Source: Gemmatimonas sp.
GTDB lineage: Bacteria; Gemmatimonadota; Gemmatimonadetes; Gemmatimonadales; Gemmatimonadaceae
DNA length: 64,000 nt
NCBI GenBank assembly: GCA_965279375.1
Contig: OZ257156.1
Coordinates: 1,664,001 to 1,728,000, forward strand
Reading direction: 5' to 3'
Positions 38,811 to 48,428 of this stretch are shown piece by piece; within the stretch, counting starts at the first letter, position 1, and each line of letters begins with the position of its first letter. Below the pieces are notes generated by a model. It was not told where the DNA came from. It ran no database searches and saw only the letters and a list, made by a program, of their open reading frames with translations. Made by a program: the position numbers and the translations under genes.

Positions 38811-39920
38811 ATGCCCATGCATGATGCTACGCGCGTCGTTCGCGCCGGACTGCCGCACGCCGAACCGGGCGCGCCGTTTCTTCCTGGTCCCACCTTCGCT
38901 GCGCCGTATCACGCGGCGGGCGATCCGGCCGACTCTCCGTTCACCTATGGGCGCTACCACAATCCCACGTGGACGCGCTACGAGGCGGCGCTCGAAGAGC
39001 TCGAAGGCGGGCCGTGCGTGCTCTTTCCGTCGGGGATGGCGGCGAGTTCATCGCTGTTGGCCACGGTGCTCAAGCCGGGGCAGACGATCGTCATGCCGAC
39101 GGACAGCTACTACACCACGCGATTGATCACCTCGCAGTACTTCGCGGCGCAGGGGATCAACGTCGTGATGGCACCCACGGCCAACGAAGCGCAGGCCGCG
39201 TTCGTCGACGGCGCGTCGCTGCTCTGGCTCGAATCGCCCACCAATCCGGGGCTCGACGTGTGTGACATCGCCGCGCTGAGTCGCGCGGCGCACGACGCTG
39301 GCGCGCTCGTCGCGGTGGACAACACCACGGCCACGGTACTCGGCCAGCGGCCGCTCGCACTCGGCGCCGATTTCGCCGTGGTCTCCGACACCAAGGCGAT
39401 GACCGGGCATGCGGATGTCGTACTGGGACATGTGGCCTGCAAAGACCCCATGTGGGCTGACGCGCTCCGCACCTGGCGCACGCGCATGGGCACCATTCCC
39501 GGCCCCATGGAAGTGTGGCTGGCGCACCGTTCGCTCGGCACGCTCGACGTGCGGCTCTCGCGGCAGTGTCAGAGCGCGTTGCGGTTGGCCGAATATCTCA
39601 CGTCGCACGCAAAGGTGCTGGCGACGCGATACCCCGGCCTGCCCGGAGACCCATCGTACGCCGTGGCCTCGCGGCAGATGGAGCATTTCGGGCCTGTCAT
39701 CAGTTTCACTCTGGCAGATCGCGCGGCCGTGGAGCGCTTTTTCGCCGCGGCCACGTTGGTGCACGAGGCGACCAGCTTTGGTGGCATTCACACCAGCGCG
39801 GAACGTCGCGCACGATGGGGCGGCGACGTGGTGCCGGAAGGGTTTGTGCGACTGAGTGTTGGCCTGGAAGATGTCCGCGACTTGTTGAACGATTTCGAGA
39901 CGGCGCTTGGCGCCGTCTGA
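38811..39920 (+). CDS. Cystathionine gamma-lyase/synthase family PLP enzyme
   Basis: YGRYHNPT, SGMAA, ESPTNP, VDNT, SDTK, TSFGG, RLSVGLE. Confidence 0.92.
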   Translation: MPMHDATRVVRAGLPHAEPGAPFLPGPTFAAPYHAAGDPADSPFTYGRYHNPTWTRYEAALEELEGGPCVLFPSGMAASSSLLATVLKPGQTIVMPTDSYYTTRLITSQYFAAQGINVVMAPTANEAQAAFVDGASLLWLESPTNPGLDVCDIAALSRAAHDAGALVAVDNTTATVLGQRPLALGADFAVVSDTKAMTGHADVVLGHVACKDPMWADALRTWRTRMGTIPGPMEVWLAHRSLGTLDVRLSRQCQSALRLAEYLTSHAKVLATRYPGLPGDPSYAVASRQMEHFGPVISFTLADRAAVERFFAAATLVHEATSFGGIHTSAERRARWGGDVVPEGFVRLSVGLEDVRDLLNDFETALGAV

Positions 39921-39930
39921 GGAGCACGCG

Positions 39931-41637
39931 ATGTCTCAGGGGATGAATCGACGCCGGTTCATGCAACGTTCGGCGGTGGCGAGTGCCGCGGCGATGCTTT
40001 CGCCGCAGCTTGGTGTCGCAGAATCACGTCATGCAGAGTCGCAGGATGCGGGACTACGCGATGCGGGACTACGCGATGCGACGGACGAGAGTGCGGCGCA
40101 ACAGCCGCCGCGCGGTACACCGCAGGCGTTTCCGTACGCGGAACTGACCGTCGCGCAGCTGCAGGAGCGCATGAGCAAGGGGACGCTCACGTCGCGCGCG
40201 CTGACGGCGGCGTATCTGGCGCGCATCGCTGCGATAGATGCCGCGGGGCCGACACTGCGCTCGGTGATCGAGAAGAACCCCGATGCGTTGATGATTGCCG
40301 ATCGATTGGACGCCGAGCGCAAGCGCGGCGAGATCCGCGGTCCGTTGCATGGCATTCCGGTGTTGATCAAGGACAACATCGACACTGCGGACAAGATGGC
40401 CACCACGGCGGGGTCGCTCGCGTTGGCGGGATCGTCGGCGCCGCGTGATGCGCACATCGTGGAGCTGTTGCGTTCATCCGGCGCGGTGATCATCGGCAAG
40501 ACGAACCTGAGCGAGTGGGCGAATTTCCGATCGACGCGTTCGAGCAGCGGTTGGAGTGGGCGCGGAGGTCAGACGCGCAATCCGTACGTGCTCGATCGCA
40601 ATCCGTGCGGCTCGAGCTCGGGCACTGGTTCGGCCATCTCGGCGAATCTCGCGGCGATTGGTGTGGGCACGGAGACCGATGGCTCGATCATCTGCCCGTC
40701 GTCGATCTGCGGACTGGTCGGCATCAAGCCGACAGTGGGATTGGTGAGTCGGAGCGGCATCATTCCTATTTCGGCGACGCAGGACACCGCGGGCCCCATG
40801 ACGCGCACGGTTGCTGATGCGGCCGCGTTGTTGACGGTGCTGGCCGGTCTGGATGAGCGAGACGAGTCAACGAAGGCCGCCGAAGGCAAGCGCTCGCCGG
40901 ACTACACGAGCTTTCTGGATGTGAAGTCGCTGCGTGGAGCGCGCATTGGTGTGGCGCGCAACATGGCGGGCTTTCATCCGCTGGTGGATGCGGCGTTCGA
41001 CGCGGCGATCGGTGCGTTGGCCAAGTCGGGCGCGGTCATCGTGGATCCAGCCGACGTGCCCACTGTGGGCAAGTACGACGAGGCCGAGACGGAGGTGCTG
41101 CTCTACGAGTTCAAGGACGGCATCAACAGCTATCTGCGCTCGCGTGGCAGCACGGCCAAGGTGAAGACGCTGGACGACTTGATCGCGTTCAACAAGGAGA
41201 ATGCGGCGAAGGAGATGCCGTGGTTCGGGCAGGAGCAGTTCGAGCGTGCGCAGGCCAAGGGGCTGCTGACGGATACCAAGTATCGTGATGCGCTGTCCAC
41301 GTGCCGCACGCTGTCGCGCGCGCAGGGCATCGACGCCGTGCTGGCCAAGCACAGGCTCGATGCGATCGTGGCGCCATCGAATGCACCGGCATGGCCAACG
41401 GATCACCTGAACGGCGATCACTTCACCGGCGGCAATACCAGCGTCGCGGCGGTCGCTGGCTATCCATCCATCACCGTGCCGATGGGCTTTGTTGTCGAAG
41501 CGCCGGTGGGTCTCTCGTTCATCGGTGGCGCGTGGACCGAAGGGAAGCTCATCGGCATGGCGTACGCATTCGAGCAGGCGACGCGCGCGCGCCGCGCACC
41601 ACAGTTTCTTCCTACCATGCCAACAGCACGAGCCTGA
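39931..41637 (+). CDS. Amidase-signature enzyme with Tat signal
   Basis: NRRRFM; GPLHGIPVLIKDN; GSSSG; GTETDGSI. Confidence 0.93.
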   Translation: MSQGMNRRRFMQRSAVASAAAMLSPQLGVAESRHAESQDAGLRDAGLRDATDESAAQQPPRGTPQAFPYAELTVAQLQERMSKGTLTSRALTAAYLARIAAIDAAGPTLRSVIEKNPDALMIADRLDAERKRGEIRGPLHGIPVLIKDNIDTADKMATTAGSLALAGSSAPRDAHIVELLRSSGAVIIGKTNLSEWANFRSTRSSSGWSGRGGQTRNPYVLDRNPCGSSSGTGSAISANLAAIGVGTETDGSIICPSSICGLVGIKPTVGLVSRSGIIPISATQDTAGPMTRTVADAAALLTVLAGLDERDESTKAAEGKRSPDYTSFLDVKSLRGARIGVARNMAGFHPLVDAAFDAAIGALAKSGAVIVDPADVPTVGKYDEAETEVLLYEFKDGINSYLRSRGSTAKVKTLDDLIAFNKENAAKEMPWFGQEQFERAQAKGLLTDTKYRDALSTCRTLSRAQGIDAVLAKHRLDAIVAPSNAPAWPTDHLNGDHFTGGNTSVAAVAGYPSITVPMGFVVEAPVGLSFIGGAWTEGKLIGMAYAFEQATRARRAPQFLPTMPTARA

Positions 41638-41639
41638 CC

Positions 41640-42032
41640 GTGAGCGAAGATGCAGGACCGGATGCAGGACCAGAGGTGCGGGACGAACTCAGCGCCGACC
41701 AAGCGACGATCCGAGCACGGGCGCTGACCGGCTTGGTGCTGGCGATGGCGCTGGGCATCGGCACGTGGATCTTTCTGACACGTGCGGCCGATGCCGGACT
41801 CGCGCGACTGGCGCGCATCGACGCGGTACGTGCCGGCTGCGAGCCGCTATGGGCGCAGGCGCGTACGCTTGAAGACACGCTGCGTGCAGACAACACAGCG
41901 CTGCCGGATACGATCGATCCGCGCTCGAGTGCGTCGCTCAAGCGCTGCGCCGATCTGCGCGCCGTAACCACACAGCAGTTGCCCAACGCACGTGAGATGT
42001 CCGGACAGCCGATGCCGCGCGGGCTGCGATGA
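41640..42032 (+). CDS. Hypothetical single-TM protein with two Cys
   Basis: Fills the operon gap exactly, with ATGA overlap downstream. Confidence 0.6.
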   Translation: MSEDAGPDAGPEVRDELSADQATIRARALTGLVLAMALGIGTWIFLTRAADAGLARLARIDAVRAGCEPLWAQARTLEDTLRADNTALPDTIDPRSSASLKRCADLRAVTTQQLPNAREMSGQPMPRGLR

Positions 42033-43231
42033 CGCGCAGGTCGTCGGGCGGATCTCGTTGGCTGCTGGGTACGGCCGCGACGCTTGCGGTGATCGTGGTG
42101 GGCTTCTTCGCGCTGGCGCCGGGCATCGTGGACCGTCGCATGAACGGTGTCGTGCCGATGACGTTGCCCGAGGTCAGCGCCGACGCGAAGACGCTGCATC
42201 AGTCGTTGTTCGTGGCGGACATGCACGCGGACGAACTGCTCTGGGGACGCGATCCGCTGGCGCAAACCGATCGCGGGCATGTCGACCTGCCCCGTTTGCA
42301 GGCGGGTAACGTGGCGTTGCAGGTGTTCGCCGCGGTCACCAAGACGCCGCGCGACATGAACTACGACAAGAACACCGGTGCGACGGATAACATCCTCCTG
42401 CTGGCGATCGCCCAGCGGTGGCCGTCGCGCACGTGGAGCAGTCTGCGGGAGCGCGCGGTGTATCAGGCCAGCCGCCTGCACGATGCCGCGGCCCGGTCGA
42501 ATGGCGCGCTGACCGTCGTCACGTCGCGCGAGGCGCTTTCGCGATTCCTCGACGCGCGGAGACAGGCACCCACCAAGGTGGCCGGGTTGCTCGCCATCGA
42601 AGGGTTGCATGCGCTCAATGGCAAGATGGAGAGTGTGGATACGCTCTTCGCCGCGGGCTATCGCATGTTCGGCCTGACACACTTCTTCGACAACGAAGTG
42701 GCGTCGAGTGCGCACGGCGTGCTGCATGAGGGCCTCACGCCGTTCGGTCGGAGTGTCATTGCACGCATGGACTCGCTCGGAATCATCGTCGATCTGGCGC
42801 ACTCCTCACCCAAGACGATCGACGAGGTGCTCGCCATTGCAACGCGTCCGATGGTCGTCTCGCACACGGGTGTGGCGGCAACCTGCCCAGGGCCGCGCAA
42901 TCTCACGGACGAGCAGTTGCGAGCCATCGCCGCCAAGGGCGGACTGATTGGCATCGGCTATTGGGACGGCGCCGTGTGCACGCTCGGCGTGGAGTCGATC
43001 GTCAAGGCGATCACGCACGCCGTCCGGATCATGGGCGCGGAGCACGTCGCACTCGGCTCGGATTTCGACGGCGCCACCAAGACGCCGTTCGACACGCACG
43101 ATCTGTCGCAGGTGACGGCGGGCTTGCTGCGCGCGGGAATGGCCCCCGACGACATCCGGCGGGTGATGGGCGGCAACGTACAGGCGTTTCTGGCAAACGC
43201 GCTGCCGAGCGAGGGCGCTGGGTCGCGCTGA
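42029..43231 (+). CDS. M19 membrane dipeptidase
   Basis: DMHAD, IEG, DLAH, SHTG, GSDFDG, MGGN. Confidence 0.92.
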   Translation: MTRRSSGGSRWLLGTAATLAVIVVGFFALAPGIVDRRMNGVVPMTLPEVSADAKTLHQSLFVADMHADELLWGRDPLAQTDRGHVDLPRLQAGNVALQVFAAVTKTPRDMNYDKNTGATDNILLLAIAQRWPSRTWSSLRERAVYQASRLHDAAARSNGALTVVTSREALSRFLDARRQAPTKVAGLLAIEGLHALNGKMESVDTLFAAGYRMFGLTHFFDNEVASSAHGVLHEGLTPFGRSVIARMDSLGIIVDLAHSSPKTIDEVLAIATRPMVVSHTGVAATCPGPRNLTDEQLRAIAAKGGLIGIGYWDGAVCTLGVESIVKAITHAVRIMGAEHVALGSDFDGATKTPFDTHDLSQVTAGLLRAGMAPDDIRRVMGGNVQAFLANALPSEGAGSR

Positions 43232-43268
43232 GTGCGATGTAGCGATCTGCATCGTGTGGTTCACACAT

Positions 43269-43309
43269 AACGGCAGGCACTGCGATACATCGCACGTGCC
43301 TGCCGTTTT
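43269..43309 (+). terminator. Terminator between convergent genes
   Basis: AACGGCAGGCAC / GTGCCTGCCGTT stem, inner TGCGAT/ATCGCA, T run. Confidence 0.75.
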
Positions 43310-43393
43310 CCGTCTCATTCGGACAATCGTCAATTCCAGCGCAATCAGATCACGGCCCGCTCGCCGTGACACAGCTGGTCCTGCGTTAGGTCG

Positions 43394-45394
43394 TCAGAGC
43401 GGCTTCTGCCCAACCACAATTGCGGGCGTGCTGTTGGCCACGTTGCCAGTGCTTGTGGTGCCAGTGCCGAGCTGTCCGGTGTCGTTGCGGCCCCAGCAAC
43501 GAACCGTTAGTCGATCCGCGCTCACCGCGCAGCTGTGTGAGCCACTACCGGTGCCGATGCCCGAGGCCGCGACTTCAGCGGCGATCAGACCGGCAACACG
43601 TGTCGGACGCATGACCATCTGCGACGCGGGCTGACCGGCCGCACCAGTGTCGTTCACGCCCCAGCACCACACTTCGAGCGTAGTCGCGGCCAGTGCGCAG
43701 TTGTGGTTCGCGCCAACACTCATCGCGGTGAACGACGGTGCGCCGGCCAATGCGCTCGGCGTGGATGTCTCTGCGGTGCCACCGTTGCCCAGCTTGCCGC
43801 CGTTGTTGCCCCAGCAATAGCTCTGACCGGCGGTCGTGAGTCCGCAGCCGTGAATCTGTCCGGCGCCGATCTGCGTCCACGCACGGCCTCCCGTCACGAG
43901 CGTCGGTGTGACGGTGAACGTATTGGCGTACGAGATGGCGGCACCGTCGCCGAGATTGCCCCAGCCGTTGTAGCCCCAGCAGTAGCCCTGGTTGGTAGTG
44001 GTGACGCCACAGGTGAACGTCGAACCAACCGTGAGAGAGGCGAAGCTGAGTCCCGGCGCGACAGCGATCGGCGCTTCACTCATGGATGGTGCGTTCATGG
44101 CGAACTGCCGCCAGTCATTGTGTCCCCAGCAGTACATCGCGCCGACGGCCGTAATAGCACAGCTGTGCTCCGAGCCTACGGCGATGTCCTTGAACGTCAG
44201 CCCGCCGGCCACTGCCACCGGCGTCGCGCTTTGCCCGATCGTGCTCACGCCAAGCGCGCCCCAGCCATTGCCACCCCAGCACCACGCCTTGCCCACCACG
44301 TCGAGGGCGCACGTGTGGCGGCCGAAGCTCGCGAGCTTTCGTGCGCGCACGGCATTCGGTCCAGTGTTGGGCACACGCACCGGCACCGACGAGATCACTT
44401 CCGCGCTGAGCGTCGGTAAACCGATGCGCCCTTCGCTGCCGTTCTGTCCCCAGCACCACACAATCCCGCCGCTGGCGATGTCGCAGGAGTGCTGTGTGCC
44501 GGCGACGAGCGAGCGGTACTTGATGACGACCACCCGGGACGCCGCACCGAACTTGCCCTCGCTCGTGGCCGTCACGGTGACCGTGCCGCGATCGAGACCG
44601 GTGAGCATTCCGGTGATGCTGTCGACCGTCGCGACCGCCGGATTGGAGCTTGTCCAGCGCACAGCGCGATCGATGAGCTGCTGCTGATTCGCATCGCGCA
44701 ACACTGCGGTGAGCGTCAGCACATCGTACGCCTCGAGCGTGTCGAGCGCCGTGTTCACCGTGACCGTCGCCACTGGTACGCGGACGACGACCTTGGCATT
44801 GCGCGACTTGCCTTCGCTGCTCGCCGTGATCGTGGCGTTACCGCCGGCGAGTCCCTTCATGACGCCACTGACGGAATCGATGCTCACGACCGCGGGCGCA
44901 TTCGAGCTCCAGCGGATCACGCGGCCGGTCAGTACGCCGCCCTGATCGTCCTTCGCCTGCGCCGTGAGCGTGACCGTCGCGCCGAGCGACAGGCTGGCGG
45001 AGTCCGGCGTGATGACGATGTCGGCAACGGGCACCGCCTGCACGTCTACTGTTGCTTGCGCGCTCTTGCCTTCGGCGGTGGCGGTGACGATTGCGCGGCC
45101 AGGAGCCACGCCGGTGACCACTCCATTCGCGCTTACTGCCGCGATATCGGCAGCGGAGCTGCTCCAGGTGGTGGTGCGACCCGTCAGTACGTTGCCAGCG
45201 GCGTCGCGCGTGACGACAGCGAGTGATGTGGTACGGCCGACGAACACGGTTGGCGCGGTCGGCGTGATGGTCAGCGATGCGACAGGCGCGGACGGCGTTG
45301 GCGTTGGCGCGGTGGTGCTATCAGAGCCACCGCCGCATGCCATCAACAGCAACAGTATCGCCGCACAGGCCACGACACGCGGAAGGTTCAGCAT
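43394..45394 (-). CDS. Lipoprotein with three Big_2 Ig-like domains and RCC1/BLIP-II repeats
   Basis: LMAC lipobox; three W-x-S-S/N Ig repeats; repeated CWGxN..G.LG. Confidence 0.9.
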   Translation of the reverse strand: MLNLPRVVACAAILLLLMACGGGSDSTTAPTPTPSAPVASLTITPTAPTVFVGRTTSLAVVTRDAAGNVLTGRTTTWSSSAADIAAVSANGVVTGVAPGRAIVTATAEGKSAQATVDVQAVPVADIVITPDSASLSLGATVTLTAQAKDDQGGVLTGRVIRWSSNAPAVVSIDSVSGVMKGLAGGNATITASSEGKSRNAKVVVRVPVATVTVNTALDTLEAYDVLTLTAVLRDANQQQLIDRAVRWTSSNPAVATVDSITGMLTGLDRGTVTVTATSEGKFGAASRVVVIKYRSLVAGTQHSCDIASGGIVWCWGQNGSEGRIGLPTLSAEVISSVPVRVPNTGPNAVRARKLASFGRHTCALDVVGKAWCWGGNGWGALGVSTIGQSATPVAVAGGLTFKDIAVGSEHSCAITAVGAMYCWGHNDWRQFAMNAPSMSEAPIAVAPGLSFASLTVGSTFTCGVTTTNQGYCWGYNGWGNLGDGAAISYANTFTVTPTLVTGGRAWTQIGAGQIHGCGLTTAGQSYCWGNNGGKLGNGGTAETSTPSALAGAPSFTAMSVGANHNCALAATTLEVWCWGVNDTGAAGQPASQMVMRPTRVAGLIAAEVAASGIGTGSGSHSCAVSADRLTVRCWGRNDTGQLGTGTTSTGNVANSTPAIVVGQKPL

Positions 45395-45423
45395 GGACGG
45401 AATCCTCAGTGGTCGTGTGATGG

Positions 45424-46347
45424 TCAATTGCGCTGCGTGAGCTGCGTCAGCGCGATGCGGTACTCGTTCGACGCGGCGTCCCACGAGATGCGATAGGCGG
45501 CCGGGTACAAACCAGCCGGCGAAGCCTGCGCACCCATCGGCAGCGAGATGACGCTGTCGCGCTGTGCGGCCGTTGCCGCGTTACGACGGCCAATGATGAA
45601 TGCGCGTGTGACCATCGGCTCGGCGAAGGTGAACTGTCCGTTCCACGAGCCGTAGATGAACGTCGTGGTGAACGGCTTCGCGAGTTCCGGATGACCCATC
45701 AGCGCCTGGATCTCCGGTGAGCGCACATCGATCCAGTGCACGCCCATCTTGGGCACGGCTGGCGTCGGTGCGTCCGGCGGTGTGAGCGTGGAGTAGAACT
45801 GCGGAACCTGCGACGACGGCGGCAGCTTGTCCGCCTTCTGCTGGAACTGCGGATCCGTCGGCAGAATCTGATCGCGTTCCGCCTGCGTGGTCGTGTAGAA
45901 GTGGAAGTCGAAGTGCGGCACGGTGTAGATACCGGGGATCTCGTGCCCCTGCGGATTCCAGTCGAGCTCCATGAGCTTGAAGGGCGTCGAGTTCTGCGTC
46001 GGCATCGGCAGCAGATACTCGTGCGAATCCACGTGCGCGTGACCATCACCGTTGCCCGCCGGCATGTTCATTGGTGCGGGCAGTCCTTCGAGTGCGGCAG
46101 GTGAAAGCGCCACGCCCAGTTCGGTGGCGCGACCCTGCTGCTTCGCGTCGAACAGGATGTACGTACGCGCCACACCGTTGCCGAGCGGCACCGAAGCACC
46201 GTATTGACGCGACGTTCCGTCGGGGAGCGTGATGACGTCGGTAGGGCCTGCTGGCGTCGCAATCGAATCTTCGTTACAGGCGCTGGCGGTGGCGAAGGTG
46301 ATCAGGGCCAGCAGCGCGGGGATCGTGCGGAAGACAAAGGGTCGCAT
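45424..46347 (-). CDS. DUF5602/TTHB210-like His-rich lipoprotein
   Basis: ASAC lipobox; LDWNPQGHE..GIYTVPHFDFHFY; VPKMGVHW; FIYGSWNG..FAEPM. Confidence 0.8.
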   Translation of the reverse strand: MRPFVFRTIPALLALITFATASACNEDSIATPAGPTDVITLPDGTSRQYGASVPLGNGVARTYILFDAKQQGRATELGVALSPAALEGLPAPMNMPAGNGDGHAHVDSHEYLLPMPTQNSTPFKLMELDWNPQGHEIPGIYTVPHFDFHFYTTTQAERDQILPTDPQFQQKADKLPPSSQVPQFYSTLTPPDAPTPAVPKMGVHWIDVRSPEIQALMGHPELAKPFTTTFIYGSWNGQFTFAEPMVTRAFIIGRRNAATAAQRDSVISLPMGAQASPAGLYPAAYRISWDAASNEYRIALTQLTQRN

Positions 46348-46451
46348 GGGAGTGCTCGTTGTCGGAGTGGATGACGCGTGCATCGCACTGTGTGCGCGAC
46401 GACGTGTGCATGACGTGGACAGAGCATCGCCATTTCGAACTTTCCGCACAT

Positions 46452-46480
46452 GGGTCAGGGGCTCCGGGTCAATCGACCCG
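46452..46480. promoter_or_regulatory. GGGTC-N4-GACCC dyad with an extra half-site upstream of the DUF5602 gene
   Basis: CCGGGTCAATCGACCCG; near-identical site at 51392-51409. Confidence 0.55.
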
Positions 46481-46504
46481 CCTGCAGTGCAGCGTTAGCC
46501 GACC

Positions 46505-47173
46505 CTACGAGCTTCGCGCGCGACTCTCACCGGGAGAGGCTTCCAGCAGCATTGGCCCCACCGCTGACCGCGTGGACACATCGAGCTTGAGCATCACCTG
46601 TTCGGCGTGGTTTCGTGCCGTGTAGAAGCTGAGGCCAAGGCGCGCGGCGAGTTCGGCATTCGTGCAGCCCTCTGCCATGAGACGCGCCACCGCGATCTGA
46701 CGGTCGGTGAGTCCGTAGCGCTCCTTCAGCTCGTGGTCCTCCAGCACACGCACGACGCCAGCCGGCACCACGGCGGGGGCAGCGGGCGCGACGCGACGTG
46801 CGCGACGCAGCAACGCCGAGATGCGTGCGAGCAGCTCCATCGCACCGAATGGCTTGGTGACGTAGTCGTCTGCGCCAAGTCGAAATCCTTCGAGCTTGTC
46901 AGCCTCGAGCGATCGCGCAGAGAGAATGAGCACCGGGCAGTCGAGACCGCGCGCGCGAAGCTCCCGCAGCACGTGAAAGCCGTCCTTGTCTGGCAGCCCG
47001 AGATCGAGCAGCACCAGGTCAGGCGTCGTGGCGCGCAGTCGCGCGAGCGCTTCCGCGGTGCGGCCAGCAAGCAACACCGTGTGCCCTTCGAGCTCCAGCG
47101 TCTGCTGCAGTGCCTCTGCGTAGGCAGACGTATCTTCCACGACCAGGATGCGCGCAGGTGACGTCATATGCAT
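46505..47173 (-). CDS. Response regulator, REC + LuxR/GerE HTH
   Basis: ILVVED, LLDLGLP, DDYVTKPF; LTDRQIAVARLMAEGCTNAELA. Confidence 0.92.
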   Translation of the reverse strand: MHMTSPARILVVEDTSAYAEALQQTLELEGHTVLLAGRTAEALARLRATTPDLVLLDLGLPDKDGFHVLRELRARGLDCPVLILSARSLEADKLEGFRLGADDYVTKPFGAMELLARISALLRRARRVAPAAPAVVPAGVVRVLEDHELKERYGLTDRQIAVARLMAEGCTNAELAARLGLSFYTARNHAEQVMLKLDVSTRSAVGPMLLEASPGESRARSS

Positions 47174-47184
47174 GCCGGGAAGAA

Positions 47185-48426
47185 TCAGTCTTCGGGCCGC
47201 CGCTCGCGATCGACGAGCGGCAGCATGAACGAAAACGTCGCGCCCTTTCCCGGCAAGGAGACGGCGGTGAGATCGCCACCGTGTCCCTCGGCGATCGCGC
47301 GGGCAATCCAGAGTCCGAGTCCAACCCCACGGCGATCGCGCCGGTCGCCGCGCCAGAACGCCGTGAACAGATGTGGCATGAGCGGAGCGGGGATGCCGGG
47401 CCCCGTATCGGTGACCGATCCCTCAAGCGCGGTACCATCGGAGGAGCGACCGAGGGTCACGCGGACGGTGCCTCCGCTCGGTGTGACGGCCAGCGCGTTG
47501 GACACGAGATTGCTGAGCAGTTGGGTGAGACGCGGCCCGTCGATCGGAACAACATCATCGCACGCATCGACGACGATCTGCACACCTGCCGCTTCCGCGC
47601 GCGGGGTAAGGATGCGAATCGCGTCGTCCACCGGGTGTCGCGCAGAGACTGGCGCGCGTACCATGCTGAGCGCGCCACCTTTCAGTGTGGATGCATCGAG
47701 CAGATCCTGCACGAGCCGCTGCATCGTGGCCGCGCTGGCGTGAATGGTGCCAAGCGCGGTGCGAGCGTACGCACGTATGCGCTCCTCAGACTCCGTTCCG
47801 GTTGGTGCATCGTCCGGCTGCAGACTGGAGAGCACCTCGGCGTACATGGCGATCGCGCCGAGCGGGTTGCGCAGGTCGTGCGCGACGACGGCCAGTAGTC
47901 GCTCGCGCTCGCTGGTGGCCAGTTGCGCTTCAGCCAGCAGTTCGAGCGCGCGCGACTCCGCCAGCTCTGCACTGAGTCGTGCGGCGCGTTCATCAAGGTG
48001 CAGCAGGCGAGTATCGAGCAGATTCTCGACACGGAGCAGTACCTCGGTGACGTCGAACGGCTTCGTGACGAAGTCCCGCGCCCCGAGCGAGAGCGCTTGA
48101 TCACGCGCATCGAGCGTGGCATCGGCGGTGAGCACGAGCACCGGGCGATACTCACCACTGTTGGTGTGCGTGGCGAGATCGCGCAGCACATCGAGCCCAT
48201 TCCGGTGCGGCATGTGCAGATCGAGCAAGATGAGATCCGGCTCGTGTTCGCTGAGCAGCGACAGCACATCACGCGGGTCGGTGGTGCGGACCATGTGCGT
48301 GTACCCGTCGGACTCGAGCAGCCCCTCGAGCAGATCGAGATTGCCCGGCTCGTCGTCCACCAGCAGCACAGTACAGTCGCGCACTCTGGCCCGGTTGGCG
48401 CGCGTTGGGGAAGTAGAAGTCTTCAT
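47185..48426 (-). CDS. Hybrid REC-histidine kinase
   Basis: LLVDDE...LLDLHMP; AHDLRNPL; DTGPG; GVGLGL. Confidence 0.92.
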   Translation of the reverse strand: MKTSTSPTRANRARVRDCTVLLVDDEPGNLDLLEGLLESDGYTHMVRTTDPRDVLSLLSEHEPDLILLDLHMPHRNGLDVLRDLATHTNSGEYRPVLVLTADATLDARDQALSLGARDFVTKPFDVTEVLLRVENLLDTRLLHLDERAARLSAELAESRALELLAEAQLATSERERLLAVVAHDLRNPLGAIAMYAEVLSSLQPDDAPTGTESEERIRAYARTALGTIHASAATMQRLVQDLLDASTLKGGALSMVRAPVSARHPVDDAIRILTPRAEAAGVQIVVDACDDVVPIDGPRLTQLLSNLVSNALAVTPSGGTVRVTLGRSSDGTALEGSVTDTGPGIPAPLMPHLFTAFWRGDRRDRRGVGLGLWIARAIAEGHGGDLTAVSLPGKGATFSFMLPLVDRERRPED

Positions 48427-48428
48427 GT

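Noticed and set aside
40045..40080. 15-bp tandem repeat in the amidase gene (DAGLR x2.4)
   Set aside because: In-frame duplication in the linker after the Tat signal; little functional implication.
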